Assembly: GCA_044236265.1 (NCBI GenBank)
Contig: JBIIGV010000233.1
Coordinates: forward strand, 1 to 64,000
Source of the DNA: Oligoflexales bacterium
GTDB taxonomy: Bacteria > Bdellovibrionota_B > Oligoflexia > Oligoflexales > RGVZ01
DNA length: 64,000 nt
Reading direction: 5' to 3'
The translations under genes and the position numbers were made by a program. The notes under the pieces were generated by a model. That model saw nothing but the letters and a program-made list of their open reading frames with translations, did no database searches and was not told the DNA's origin. Within the stretch, counting starts at the first letter, position 1. Every line of letters starts with the position of its first letter. Below, in pieces: positions 9,984 through 20,071 of this stretch.

Positions 9984-10040
9984 AATAATTGACAAAGGAG
10001 CTTGCATTTTCGCTAAAAAATCACCAAAATGTCAATAATT
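9984..10040. promoter_or_regulatory. Inverted repeat / facing -35 elements in the divergent udk-mmsA intergenic region
   Basis: AATAATTGACA (9984-9994) and TGTCAATAATT (10030-10040) match as an inverted pair at 10 of 11 positions. Each arm contains TTGACA, on opposite strands. Confidence 0.4.
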
Positions 10041-10062
10041 TCGATGTAAAAGGTGTGAAAAC

Positions 10063-11535
10063 ATGCTGGTAGAACGTCTTAAGACTGTTCGCGACTGCGA
10101 CAATTTCGTTAATGGAGTCTTTGTAAAAGCAAAGCAGTATTCCGATGTTGTGTCTCCTTGGACCGGTGAGATCATCGGAAGGGTTGCCATGTCGGGGCGT
10201 GAGGATGTCCAAGCTGCAGTAACAGCAGCGACCAAGGTCTTTCCAATCTGGCGTGCTACGCCAATCAAAGAGCGCACCACGAAGTTGTTTAAATTTCGCG
10301 AGCTTGTTTTGGAGAAATTAGATTTTCTTGCCAATGTCGCAGCACTAGAAGCCGGCAAGACCGTTGCTGAAGCCAAGGCAGGAATTTTGAAGGGGCTTGA
10401 GGTCTCCGAGTTTGCGCTGAGTTTGCAGAACATGGATTCCGGTGGAGCCATGGAAGTCAGTCGCGGTGTTACCTGTGAATACAGGCGTGAGCCATTGGGC
10501 GTTGTAACGGGAATCGCGCCATTCAATTTTCCAGCGATGGTCCCAATGTGGATGTACCCAATCGCTGTGACCCTCGGAAACTGCTTTATTCTGAAGCCCT
10601 CCGAAAAAGTTCCGCTGACATCGCAGTGGATGGCTGAACTGATGCATGCCGCTGGATTTCCAGCTGGTGTCTTTCAACTTGTGAATGGTGGACGTGATGC
10701 TGTTGAGGGTCTCATCGATCATCCTGACGTCAAGGCCGTAGGATTTGTCGGCTCGACGCCGGTGGCGAAAGCTCTTTATGCTAGAGCGACATCTCATGGT
10801 AAGCGAGCCTTGTGTTTGGGTGGTGCTAAAAATCATCTTCTCGTGGTTCCAGACGCTGACGAAAAAATAACTGTTCGGGGAGTCGTAGACTCCTTCACAG
10901 GTTGTGCAGGACAGCGTTGTATGGCTGCCAGTCTAATGCTTGCCGTTGGATCCGTGGATCATATCATCAATAAGATTGCACAGACTGCGTCAAGTCTTGA
11001 GCTCGGGCCGCAAATGGGAGCCATCATCGATAAATCCGCGCTTGAGAGAATTCGCACGGCCATTGCGGATGCTGAAAAGCATGGAGCGAAAATTTTGGTC
11101 GATGGGCGCAAGGCCAACCCTCCGAAGGGCTTTGAAAAAGGATGCTGGATCGGTCCGACGATCATTGATCGAGCAACCCCAGACATGAATTGTGCTCAGA
11201 TGGAGATTTTTGGGCCCGTGATCACCATTGTTCGCGTAAATAACTTGAGTGAAGCCATGGCGCTTGAAGCCAAAAGCCCGTTTGGTAATGCCACAAGCGT
11301 GTTTACCACCAGCGGCGCAGTGGCAAGATTTGTTGCAGACCATGCAACCAACGGCATGATTGGCGTCAATATTGGAGTTCCAGTTCCTCGAGAGCCATTT
11401 TCTTTCGGTGGAAGCAAAGAGAGTAAATTCGGAACCTGCGATATTACCGGCGAGAGTGCGCTGGAGTTTTGGTCCCAGAGGAAAAAAATAACCATGAAAT
11501 GGGCTGAGCAGTCCGATGCAACGTGGATGAGCTAG
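10063..11535 (+). CDS. mmsA: CoA-acylating (methyl)malonate-semialdehyde dehydrogenase
   Basis: ALDH motifs PFNFPAMVP, LKPSEKVP, FVGSTPVA, GGAKNH, the catalytic G.AGQRCMA, EIFGPV and GVNIGVPVP, typical of the MmsA/IolA subfamily. Confidence 0.92.
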   Translation: MLVERLKTVRDCDNFVNGVFVKAKQYSDVVSPWTGEIIGRVAMSGREDVQAAVTAATKVFPIWRATPIKERTTKLFKFRELVLEKLDFLANVAALEAGKTVAEAKAGILKGLEVSEFALSLQNMDSGGAMEVSRGVTCEYRREPLGVVTGIAPFNFPAMVPMWMYPIAVTLGNCFILKPSEKVPLTSQWMAELMHAAGFPAGVFQLVNGGRDAVEGLIDHPDVKAVGFVGSTPVAKALYARATSHGKRALCLGGAKNHLLVVPDADEKITVRGVVDSFTGCAGQRCMAASLMLAVGSVDHIINKIAQTASSLELGPQMGAIIDKSALERIRTAIADAEKHGAKILVDGRKANPPKGFEKGCWIGPTIIDRATPDMNCAQMEIFGPVITIVRVNNLSEAMALEAKSPFGNATSVFTTSGAVARFVADHATNGMIGVNIGVPVPREPFSFGGSKESKFGTCDITGESALEFWSQRKKITMKWAEQSDATWMS

Positions 11536-11593
11536 CAGTGACTAAAAGCGCGTCTACGCATTCATGGTTCGGATGGAAATGAAGGAGGCTGTC

Positions 11594-12853
11594 ATGCCGG
11601 ATAAGAAAAAAGTTAAACACATAAAGTTAACGAGTCACCCAGGGCTTCCTGGTGCCGAGGTTGCAAAACCGATTCGCTGGGGGGCAAAGACTCCAGGAGA
11701 GCGTGGTCCCGTGATCGCTTCGGTCACAAATCCTGCGCATCGTAATGTTATTGGAACGCACAGCGGAAGTTACACCGTGTACAGAGCTTTGGCTGTTGCT
11801 GCTGGCGCGCTCAACGCCGAACATCGTCCAGATCTTACCAACACAACGCCAGCCGAATCATTGGGCCCGCACCCTCAGTGGCTGGATCCCGAAAAAATTG
11901 TGTCGATTGATCCCTGGGGTGCAGATATTGCTACGGCATTCGCCGATGACTTGAAAAGTGGTTACGACATTCGTCCTACGATCGCGGTTACAAAAGCGCA
12001 CATCAATATGCCAGAGCTTCAAGCTGCGATTCAGGCAGGACGCTTGAAGGCTGACGGTAAAATCCTCAGCGCAAATGGTGATTGTGTCGTCACCAAAGCT
12101 GCAATCGAGCCTGTGTGGTGGTTGCCTGGCATCGCAAAGCGATTTGGAATCGAAGAGCCAGAGCTGAGACGGATTCTCTTTGAACAAACTGGTGGAATGT
12201 ATCCAGAGTTGGTCACAAGACCAGATCTTGAGGTCTTCCTTCCGCCGATTGGTAGCATGTCTGTGTACTTCTTCGGTGACATTACCAAGATTGGTAAAGA
12301 AAACGTTGAACACGCTTGTCGTGTGCACGACGAGTGCAATGGTTCAGATGTTTTCGGTAGTGACATCTGTACATGTCGTCCCTATTTGGCGCACGGAATT
12401 GAAGTAGCAATCGAAACAGCACAACGCGGCGGCGTTGGCATTATCGTTTACTGTCGAAAAGAAGGACGCGCTTTGGGCGAAGTGACCAAGTTTCTTGTCT
12501 ATAACGCCCGTAAGCGCCAAGAAGGTGGCGACACGGCTGAAAAATACTTTGAGCGAACCGAGTGCGTGGCTGGAGTCCAGGACATGCGCTTTCAGCAATT
12601 GATGCCTGATGTTCTTCATTGGCTAGGGATAAAGAAGATCGATCATTTTGTTTCGATGTCGAATATGAAGTTTGATGCCCTGGCGACCAGCGGAATAAAA
12701 ATTATCAATCGGGTACAGATTCCTGAAGAGCTGGTCCCGGCTGATGCCAAAGTGGAAATGGACGCGAAAAAGGCAGCTGGATACTTCACGGCAACGGGAG
12801 TTCCGACAAATGAGGAACTTAAAAAGGCCAAGGGTCGAGGCTTAACTGAGTGA
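11594..12853 (+). CDS. urc1: URC1-like GTP cyclohydrolase II-family protein (putative UMP ring-opening cyclohydrolase)
   Basis: The N-terminal extension carries PIRWGA...RGPVIA...RNVIGTHSGSY. The RibA-like core has CRVHDECNGSDVFGSDICTC (three Zn-binding Cys), RKEGRALG and MSNMK. I place the start at ATG 11594, after AAGGAGG; the track uses 11564. Confidence 0.9.
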   Translation: MPDKKKVKHIKLTSHPGLPGAEVAKPIRWGAKTPGERGPVIASVTNPAHRNVIGTHSGSYTVYRALAVAAGALNAEHRPDLTNTTPAESLGPHPQWLDPEKIVSIDPWGADIATAFADDLKSGYDIRPTIAVTKAHINMPELQAAIQAGRLKADGKILSANGDCVVTKAAIEPVWWLPGIAKRFGIEEPELRRILFEQTGGMYPELVTRPDLEVFLPPIGSMSVYFFGDITKIGKENVEHACRVHDECNGSDVFGSDICTCRPYLAHGIEVAIETAQRGGVGIIVYCRKEGRALGEVTKFLVYNARKRQEGGDTAEKYFERTECVAGVQDMRFQQLMPDVLHWLGIKKIDHFVSMSNMKFDALATSGIKIINRVQIPEELVPADAKVEMDAKKAAGYFTATGVPTNEELKKAKGRGLTE

Positions 12854-12872
12854 AAGCTCTAGAAGGGGCGCT

Positions 12873-14108
12873 GTGATGTCTGACAATGCCGACATTTTAT
12901 TTATGCGCTCGCCGCGAACTATTCGCGAGCGAAGTCGACAGCTTTATGAAGTCGGACTTCAGGCTAAGTTGCCACACTTTCGCGTTCGCCCAGAAAAAAT
13001 TGCAGACGTTGCAAAATTTGTTATCGATGTGACCAGGGAGAATTATCCGGACGGTAATATTCCATACCATAGTCGTTGGAGTCACTTTCAGGTAGGTGGA
13101 ATCGATCGCATTTCCTGGCTTCGAAAACATGCCCCGGAGGGGCGCCGCGATCAATTGTCCATGGCGCGGATGTTTTATGATTTAGTTGTACCGAGTATTC
13201 TGCTGGATGCGGGTGCTGGTATGAAATGGGCTTATAAGGACTCTTACGGCAAAGAATTTCGCAAAAGCGAGGGTTTGGCGGTCGCAAGTTTTGATATGTT
13301 TGCCCAAGGATTGTTTTCCAGTGATCCTCGGTGTGCTATGCAAAGTGACGCCACAGGTCTTGAGCGACTTCAGGCTGATGTTCTAGCCAATGGTATGCAA
13401 GTTTCTTCAGATAATCCCCTGGTTGGGCTTGAAGGTCGTTTGCTGCTGCTTCGAAACCTCGGCAAAGCTTTGCGTAATCCTAAGTTCTTCTCTGGCAAAG
13501 CAGCGGGTACCATTGGTTCATTGGTGGACTATATACTCAATCAATTTGGTGCTGAGACGGTTAGCGCAACTGATGTGCTCTCAACCGTGCTTGAAGCCTT
13601 TGGGCCAATTTGGCCAGGCAGAATTGAAATCGCAGGTGAAAACCTTGGAGACGTTTGGAAACACTCCCTGGCTGGTGGCGATGGGGTCACGAAGAATTTA
13701 GTTCCATTCCATAAACTCAGCCAGTGGATGACTTACTCTCTGCTTGAACCTTTGGAGTGGGCGGGTGTTCGCATCACCAAGGTTGAGGAAATGACGGGAC
13801 TACCCGAGTACAGAAATGGTGGTCTGTTTCTTGACTGCGGTGTTTTGGAAACAATCCGTCCGGACGCTTTGTCGAGAGAATATAGTCCCGGTGATGAATT
13901 TATTGTTGAATGGCGCGCCTTGACCGTGGCTCTCCTGGATGTGGTCGGTGCTGAGGTTCGTAAAGAACTCGGGAAAACACCGGCAGAACTTCCGCTTGCT
14001 AAAGTACTTCAAGGCGGAACTTGGGCTGCCGGTCGAAAGATTGCGGCCAAGTTGCGATCCGATGGCGGATCACCAATAAAAATTAAAAGTGACGGAACGG
14101 TCTTTTAG
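12873..14108 (+). CDS. urc4: URC4/Urg3-like protein (DUF1688)
   Basis: Motifs [71 protein letters not shown] and the terminal SDGTVF. Confidence 0.9.
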   Translation: MMSDNADILFMRSPRTIRERSRQLYEVGLQAKLPHFRVRPEKIADVAKFVIDVTRENYPDGNIPYHSRWSHFQVGGIDRISWLRKHAPEGRRDQLSMARMFYDLVVPSILLDAGAGMKWAYKDSYGKEFRKSEGLAVASFDMFAQGLFSSDPRCAMQSDATGLERLQADVLANGMQVSSDNPLVGLEGRLLLLRNLGKALRNPKFFSGKAAGTIGSLVDYILNQFGAETVSATDVLSTVLEAFGPIWPGRIEIAGENLGDVWKHSLAGGDGVTKNLVPFHKLSQWMTYSLLEPLEWAGVRITKVEEMTGLPEYRNGGLFLDCGVLETIRPDALSREYSPGDEFIVEWRALTVALLDVVGAEVRKELGKTPAELPLAKVLQGGTWAAGRKIAAKLRSDGGSPIKIKSDGTVF

Positions 14109-14134
14109 GACCTGATTTTGAGAGGAACAAAAGT

Positions 14135-14770
14135 ATGACTACTAGGCAAATTCATGTGATCAATCATCCGATGGTACAACATAAGCTGACCATTATGCGT
14201 GAGAAGGGTACAAAGACAGGCGAATTTAGATCGCTCTTACGTGAAATCAGTATGCTTCTCGGTTATGAAGTGATGCGCGATGTTCCAATGACCACGCGTC
14301 GTATTGAAACACCAGTTGCACAAATGGATGCCCCTGTCATGGCTGGCAAAGACCTTGCGTTCATTTCGATCATGCGCGCAGGCCAGGGGATTTTAGATGG
14401 AATGCTCCGTCTCGTCCCCACAGCAACTGTAGGGCACATTGGATTGTACCGGGACCCAAAGACTCTTGTTGCTGTTGAGTATTACTTTAAGGTTCCAAAA
14501 GATATTCAGGACCGAGATGCGATAGTTTTAGATCCAATGTTGGCGACAGGTCATTCTGCGGTGGCAGCTCTCGATCGTCTCAAGGAAGCAAAACCAAGAA
14601 GTATCAAATTTGTTTCGCTACTGTGCGCGCCTGAGGGTGTTGAGTATTTTCATGAGTATCATCCGGATGTTCCGATCTATACGGCTTCGGTCGATCAAAA
14701 GCTGAATGAAAAAGGATACATCATTCCTGGCCTGGGCGATGCTGGGGATCGTTTGTTCGGTACAGCCTGA
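14135..14770 (+). CDS. upp: Uracil phosphoribosyltransferase
   Basis: [21 protein letters not shown], the PRPP-binding DPMLATGHS, and [17 protein letters not shown]. Confidence 0.97.
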   Translation: MTTRQIHVINHPMVQHKLTIMREKGTKTGEFRSLLREISMLLGYEVMRDVPMTTRRIETPVAQMDAPVMAGKDLAFISIMRAGQGILDGMLRLVPTATVGHIGLYRDPKTLVAVEYYFKVPKDIQDRDAIVLDPMLATGHSAVAALDRLKEAKPRSIKFVSLLCAPEGVEYFHEYHPDVPIYTASVDQKLNEKGYIIPGLGDAGDRLFGTA

Positions 14771-14805
14771 GCTTTGGTTGTTTTTTAATGATTCACCAGC
14801 TTCGG

Positions 14806-17094
14806 TTAATTTGAGATGGCGGGTATCTTGTTGCTACCGCAGCCCCAATTATTGCCACCAGGACCAGAAACACTTATCGAGTAAATGGTCGCCCTTTTTG
14901 TTGGGCAGGATGTAACGGCTGACCACACATTCCCTGAGCGAGACCACTTCGACGGCGCATATGGACTCACCCTCGGTGCGCCGATCATTTCACCGGTAAT
15001 TGAAATTGATAGGTTACAATAGCCACGGGTTGAAGCTCTTTTAGCGGTCGCGCTACAGCCTCTGGTTGGAGTCTGTGCAAGAGGCGGTACGGCGCTGCTT
15101 TGACAATTGCTTTTTGAGCCTCCGGGTCCCTCTACGGTTGCTGTAAAAGTTGTCGTTGAAGTGGTAGGACACCCTCCAGTTCCTGTCCAATTATTTGTAT
15201 TCCAACTTCCCGTGGCCAAAGGCGAAACTAAAAGTGGCTTACTGGTATCGATAATTCCAGATCCTGTCAGAGATAGGCTGCATGAGGTCGTCGTGGCCTG
15301 GCGAGATGCTGTCAATGAGCAAGATGGTGGAGTTAACTTCGGTGCTGTCGCTGAGCATGTTGAACTTCCGTCGTTTCCATAGACTGTTGCGGTTAATAGA
15401 GTGTCTGACGTCTGGCTACAGGCTACGTTGTTACTGGCTGGACTGCTGCCATCCCAAGTTACCGAGCTCCCGAGGATGCTAAAACTCGATATGGTTCCAG
15501 CCAATGACGTTCTTGTTAAAGTATAGGTACAATTGGCACTGGTTCCTATGCGCGAAAAACTTAGACTGCAATCCGGCGCTGTGGTTGTCTTTGGCACTTC
15601 ATTGCTAAAGCACTCTTGCCCTTTTCCATCATCAGACTCTAGAGCTGCAGCAAAACGAGTGATATTCGCTTTGGCGCAATAAGTAGATCCAGTCCAAGTT
15701 GTCCCTGACTGAACCAAATTTGTCGGTGCGGAAGGTGATATTGTGGCGCTCTTGGCGTTTTTGCCAGCGATCTGAGTGATGGTCAATTCACAGGTGTCAG
15801 TTTGATCCTTCCTTTTTGCAGTCATCGTGCAACTTGGAAGAGTCACAACGGGAGCGATCACCCCAGTTTCGCAAGGGCGACCGGTGCCGCCTTGCCCTGT
15901 GAGTGTTGCATTAAATACTGTTGATGAACTTGTGGCGCAAGCTGCGTTACCTGTCCACACGTTGCCGGACTTTGTCCAGGATGATGGCCCAACTGGTGTT
16001 ATGGACGGATTACCGTTTATAGGATCAGCAGAGCCTGTGACTGTTAACGAGCACCCTCCGGTATTTCCGATGCGGCTAGCGGTAATGGAACACGATGGTA
16101 CCGCGATCGGCGCAGCGGGTGGGGGAGCTGTGATGATTTTATGTGAGTCGCCAAAACTCTGAATTGCAGATTGAATTTGCGGAGCCAGTACGCTCATTCG
16201 CGGTCCCTGACCTGGGCCTGAATAAGTAACAAGTCCAAATAAGATAGGCATGATTCCATTAGCGGTATTCATGAGTAGAATTGAGGGAGAACTCGAATCG
16301 CCGGAGATCATGTTTTCGTAGTAAAGCTGATAGGCGCTTCCCGGTGGGTTATATTTTGGATCAATAGTAATACCTTGAGGGCCGAAAGGACTAGCTTGGA
16401 CGATGAGCGCCTTATTCTCTTGATCAATTCTGAGCAGGGGGCTGTATTGTGCCGCGTAGGTAGCTGCATTGGGATCCAATATTTTCATCGGTGTGATGCT
16501 GCCAGGTAGGTCGCTGTCAAGGCGAACAACAGCGACGTCGGGATCGAATGTGGACGATAAATATTTCACTTCGATTATTTTTCGAGAAATAACTCGATTA
16601 TCCAGAGTTAAAAAGCTAAGCGTTTGGCCAACCTGACCGTGAAATCCATAATGTTTGGTGTAGATCACATGTCTAGAGGTGATAGCTGTACCTCGTGGCA
16701 CATTCTGAGTTACGGCCGTAAGATTGATCCCTGCGATCCAGCTGGCTGGGTTGTATGCTTCTTTTGAACGCCAAATTTTTGCAACCGATGGGTCTTTTCC
16801 GCAAATTCTTTGCAGTACAGCTCGACTCATTGATTCTCGCCAAGCTCTGTCGGATGTTGTCCCAAAAGTTGAAATTTGCGAGACACACGGCGTTGTATTT
16901 GCTGTGAGCTGCAGTTCCTGGCCCTCCTCGCCAAATGGTGCTCTGGTTGGATTAGGGTCCTTGAGCATCTCGCCTGGGAAAGAATTATATTTTTCTGAGC
17001 CAGAATTAGTTTCTCTAGATTTACAGCTGATTGAATGCGCAAAAGTAAAAGCTAGAATTGATATAAATCCTATACGCATATATCTTGGATCCAT
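14806..17094 (-). CDS. Putative lipoprotein trypsin-like (S1) serine protease with five C-terminal Cys-rich repeats
   Basis: Signal/lipobox FAHSISC. Candidate triad: His in GTAITSRHVIYTKH (16651-16653), Asp in DPDVAVVRL, Ser in GDSSSP (16294-16296). A Pro linker is followed by five ~85-aa repeats. Start is ATG 17094 or 17079; the track uses 17169. Confidence 0.7.
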   Translation of the reverse strand: MDPRYMRIGFISILAFTFAHSISCKSRETNSGSEKYNSFPGEMLKDPNPTRAPFGEEGQELQLTANTTPCVSQISTFGTTSDRAWRESMSRAVLQRICGKDPSVAKIWRSKEAYNPASWIAGINLTAVTQNVPRGTAITSRHVIYTKHYGFHGQVGQTLSFLTLDNRVISRKIIEVKYLSSTFDPDVAVVRLDSDLPGSITPMKILDPNAATYAAQYSPLLRIDQENKALIVQASPFGPQGITIDPKYNPPGSAYQLYYENMISGDSSSPSILLMNTANGIMPILFGLVTYSGPGQGPRMSVLAPQIQSAIQSFGDSHKIITAPPPAAPIAVPSCSITASRIGNTGGCSLTVTGSADPINGNPSITPVGPSSWTKSGNVWTGNAACATSSSTVFNATLTGQGGTGRPCETGVIAPVVTLPSCTMTAKRKDQTDTCELTITQIAGKNAKSATISPSAPTNLVQSGTTWTGSTYCAKANITRFAAALESDDGKGQECFSNEVPKTTTAPDCSLSFSRIGTSANCTYTLTRTSLAGTISSFSILGSSVTWDGSSPASNNVACSQTSDTLLTATVYGNDGSSTCSATAPKLTPPSCSLTASRQATTTSCSLSLTGSGIIDTSKPLLVSPLATGSWNTNNWTGTGGCPTTSTTTFTATVEGPGGSKSNCQSSAVPPLAQTPTRGCSATAKRASTRGYCNLSISITGEMIGAPRVSPYAPSKWSRSGNVWSAVTSCPTKRATIYSISVSGPGGNNWGCGSNKIPAISN
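14809..16098 (-). repeat. Five tandem ~85-aa 4-Cys protein repeats
   Basis: Units begin PSCSITASR, PSCTMTAKR, PDCSLSFSR, PSCSLTASR and RGCSATAKR. Each follows C-x12-C...W..C...G.GG...C. Confidence 0.85.
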
Positions 17095-17269
17095 CGATCG
17101 TCTCGCGATAAGTAAGTCATAAAAATTTGTCGTTAACTTGGTTTTAAGGATGCCATAGAAAAAGTCCAAAAAACAGGCGTATTTTGTACCCGTGCGGCTT
17201 AGGCGGCCGCCTTTGTGACGCTCCTAGATATGACTGCGTGAACCCGTAGAGGCGTTTTTAATTTATGGG

Positions 17270-18046
17270 TCAAATGTGACGACGAACTTGGAGCATTTTT
17301 AGAAGAAAATAACATCCGAGCGCAGCCCATAGGTGTTTGAGTGCGTGACCACTCGTTAGCTCTCTGGTGCTTGCCCAAATTGCTTGGTCCATGTCTTCGC
17401 AAATTTTTGCAAGAACATAGCAGCCGATGGCAATCCCGATATACCCTGCGTGAGTGAAGCGTGCTGGGCATAGCCAAATAAGACAAGGTATGGCGAGGAT
17501 CGGGTAGAACTGTACAAACGCGTAAGGGCGCAGGTCACCAGATCCTGAATCCTCCGTCATAATCCAATACACGACGCTCAGTAAGCCAAGGGCGATCAGT
17601 GGCCATAATACAAATTGGTAGGCCCTATTGCTAATGCGCTCACCAATGATGGATGCAAATAACGCGGAAAAACCGATTGTCATGGGTAAGCGATCCCAAA
17701 ATAGTCCCCAGTTATCAGGGCGCCAATGGTAGTAGCCAGAGCCAAGAGCCGTCATAAGAACGCCGGAAAAAAATATGATCCAACCTGTCTTTTGTTCGCC
17801 AACTGCATATCCGTTTAACTTGGAGCTTGCAATGCTCATGATTCCCAATATTCCAACGATAGCAAATGGCACATTCGAAAGCACATTTTGCCAATTAGGC
17901 AGATGCATGAAAGGTAGTTCATCAGCAAAGCGGTGATAGGATGGGTCCTGCGCGATTGGATCCAAAGAGGCAATAATACTGGCCACAATTAGTGCTGATA
18001 CCATGAGGAAAGAAAGCCGTTGGCGCTCGGTCGTTAACTGCATCAC
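17270..18046 (-). CDS. Alkaline (phyto)ceramidase-like CREST-superfamily membrane hydrolase
   Basis: About 7-8 TM segments, with Q...YH.FAD, NVLSN.PF, GS.YYH (SxxxH), WDRLPMT and GH.LKH (HxxxH). Confidence 0.8.
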   Translation of the reverse strand: MMQLTTERQRLSFLMVSALIVASIIASLDPIAQDPSYHRFADELPFMHLPNWQNVLSNVPFAIVGILGIMSIASSKLNGYAVGEQKTGWIIFFSGVLMTALGSGYYHWRPDNWGLFWDRLPMTIGFSALFASIIGERISNRAYQFVLWPLIALGLLSVVYWIMTEDSGSGDLRPYAFVQFYPILAIPCLIWLCPARFTHAGYIGIAIGCYVLAKICEDMDQAIWASTRELTSGHALKHLWAALGCYFLLKMLQVRRHI

Positions 18047-18115
18047 GCTGCCCTCAAAAATGAATCAAATCTTTCAGGTTGTTAGAATCGGAACGCTTCT
18101 CTTAAACAGAGAAAA

Positions 18116-19657
18116 TTATTGTGTCGCAGTCCCTCTGATTGCGATTAAATCATCGCGCAGTTCTCCGAGGCTGTCACCCATGAGCATTCTAAAGTCATCA
18201 ACGGTCTCAGGGGTCGGCCAAAGGTAGTCGGTAATGACGCGAAGGCCAATGTTCAAAAAGAAATTATCCTTGATCTCAGTCGAAGTGATAGTGCGAATGA
18301 TTGTTGATTGATGAACCGTTGAATTAACTTCCATGGATCCAAATGTTCCTCTGCCGCCATTTCCTTTAACCAGGCCAACCGTTAAGATCTTCGAGTACTC
18401 TCGAAGATTGCCGGGCATCATAACGTCCAGAAATCCAGGGGGCATTAGCCCAAAAAGAGCGCCGCTAAAGCTAGGAATTGGCATGCCAGTAAGTTTCCAG
18501 TCAAAGCGAGCCACCGTCCCATCGCGGTAAGACATACTGAATTTTGTTTCCTTGGAGTTCATTCTTAAACCCAGTACGGACAGATCTACGGCAGAATTTA
18601 GCTCACCATCAAAGGTTTTAAGTTCTGATGGAATCAACGCTTTACTAAAAACTGGTTCGCCGCTCTCGTCTTCAGGCAGGAAGGCGCCACCAGCGGTTAA
18701 AAAACTCATGCTGATTTCATGCGAGGCGCTATTGTAGCCAAAATTTATAATTTTCAAGCCATCACTCGTGAGCAATTCAGTCGAAGATTTAACAACCACA
18801 AACCTCATGATGCGTTCCAGGTAGGCTCCTAAGTTTGCGTAGGATTCTTGTATGCGATCGATATTCAAGCTTGCCCGGATGGTGAACTTGAGCCACTGAT
18901 TTGAGCCAGATGATTTTGTCTCTGCTTTGACAGTGACTTTAGAAACATCGTTCATAAAAGCGGAAAATTTTGGTACGACACTGCCCATTTCGTTGAGGAT
19001 AGTTCGTCCTAATCCTTCATTGTTTGTGAAGTAAGGTAATTGCTTGGGCGTAAGTTTTGCAAGATTGCTCGGATCAATGACTTTTAATTGGCGTGACGTG
19101 AGTGCCATTTGTGCTTTGTGGTTCAGCTCATCAGTTTGTAAAAAGCCCAGCCATGACATCCGGTATCCTGGACCGTATTTTTCCTTTTTGCCGTCATTGT
19201 ACAAAATGCCAAATTGTAGGCCACCATCGAGAAATTTTTGTGGCGATAGGCCATTTGGAGGCGACTTTACATAGTCAACCACATAAGAGTCGCCTGCTGT
19301 TTTACCTGTGAAGGAGAAAAATCTTGTGCCGTCGCTTTGGACGTGCGCGATGGGAGTTGAGGTAAATAGTTGTAGCGAGAGACTTTGCAGCGCATCCGAC
19401 GTAAACCGCAGGGCATTTGACGCAGCGGGAGTGAGTTTGAGTGAATTGGCGATCTGCCATTGAGCTGAGATCCATTTCTCAAATGGTTGCAACTCATGGC
19501 AGGCAGCCGTGTCACCGCATAACGCCTGGCGTGCCGTGTATGCAGGAGTGTCAGCGCCTTTGCTAACTTGTGCTTGATGAGCAATCAGCAATACTAGTGT
19601 TGCTTGCAGTAAATGGCTTAAATTTTTGCTAAATTTTGGGGTTATTTGTCTCACCAT
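18116..19657 (-). CDS. Secreted hypothetical protein
   Basis: 513-aa ORF with an N-terminal signal-like segment and AAGGCAGG upstream. No family recognised. Confidence 0.7.
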   Translation of the reverse strand: MVRQITPKFSKNLSHLLQATLVLLIAHQAQVSKGADTPAYTARQALCGDTAACHELQPFEKWISAQWQIANSLKLTPAASNALRFTSDALQSLSLQLFTSTPIAHVQSDGTRFFSFTGKTAGDSYVVDYVKSPPNGLSPQKFLDGGLQFGILYNDGKKEKYGPGYRMSWLGFLQTDELNHKAQMALTSRQLKVIDPSNLAKLTPKQLPYFTNNEGLGRTILNEMGSVVPKFSAFMNDVSKVTVKAETKSSGSNQWLKFTIRASLNIDRIQESYANLGAYLERIMRFVVVKSSTELLTSDGLKIINFGYNSASHEISMSFLTAGGAFLPEDESGEPVFSKALIPSELKTFDGELNSAVDLSVLGLRMNSKETKFSMSYRDGTVARFDWKLTGMPIPSFSGALFGLMPPGFLDVMMPGNLREYSKILTVGLVKGNGGRGTFGSMEVNSTVHQSTIIRTITSTEIKDNFFLNIGLRVITDYLWPTPETVDDFRMLMGDSLGELRDDLIAIRGTATQ

Positions 19658-19802
19658 CCTGCCTTCACAAGCTGAAATTTTTGAAGCGACAGATCATAGT
19701 TGAGGTTGTCATAATTAATTTTGTCGTTACGTTAATGATAGCAGCTCTATGACCAAGCCGTAAAATTGCGCTCGAAGCGATTAGGGGTATCGGTTAAAAA
19801 AC

Positions 19803-19837
19803 AAAAAGCCCCGGGGCTTTAAGCTCCGGGGCTTTTT
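19803..19837. terminator. Rho-independent terminator (serves the 19874-20071 gene)
   Basis: AAAAAGCCCCGGGGCT-TTA-AGCTCCGGGGCTTTTT is a GC-rich stem flanked by A and T tracts. Confidence 0.85.
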
Positions 19838-19873
19838 CGCGGACTTTATAGGTCCACAATTGATCGCCGTAAA

Positions 19874-20071
19874 TTAGCGAGGAACGCAGCTTCCACGCCA
19901 TGTGCAATGTGGCTGAGCCTCGCAGGTCGCTGGCTTGGTGTAGCCACCGCATGTGTTGAAGCTCATCTCAAAAGAGCCAAGATCCGTAGCAACTGCTGAG
20001 GACTGGAATGTTGAGCCCATCATGAACGCACTAGCCAATACTGCGGCTGCCAATACAAAAGCTTTTTTCAT
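19874..20071 (-). CDS. Secreted 4-Cys mini-protein (65 aa)
   Basis: GGAGG RBS, signal peptide MKKAFVLAAAVLASA...SAVA, C-terminal C-x8-C-x5-C-x5-C, and its own terminator. Confidence 0.8.
   Translation of the reverse strand: MKKAFVLAAAVLASAFMMGSTFQSSAVATDLGSFEMSFNTCGGYTKPATCEAQPHCTWRGSCVPR

Noticed and set aside
11594..12853. Annotation as riboflavin-pathway ribA
   Set aside because: It has the long URC1-type N-terminal extension and the HDECNGSD variant, and it sits with DUF1688 and upp, with no rib genes nearby.
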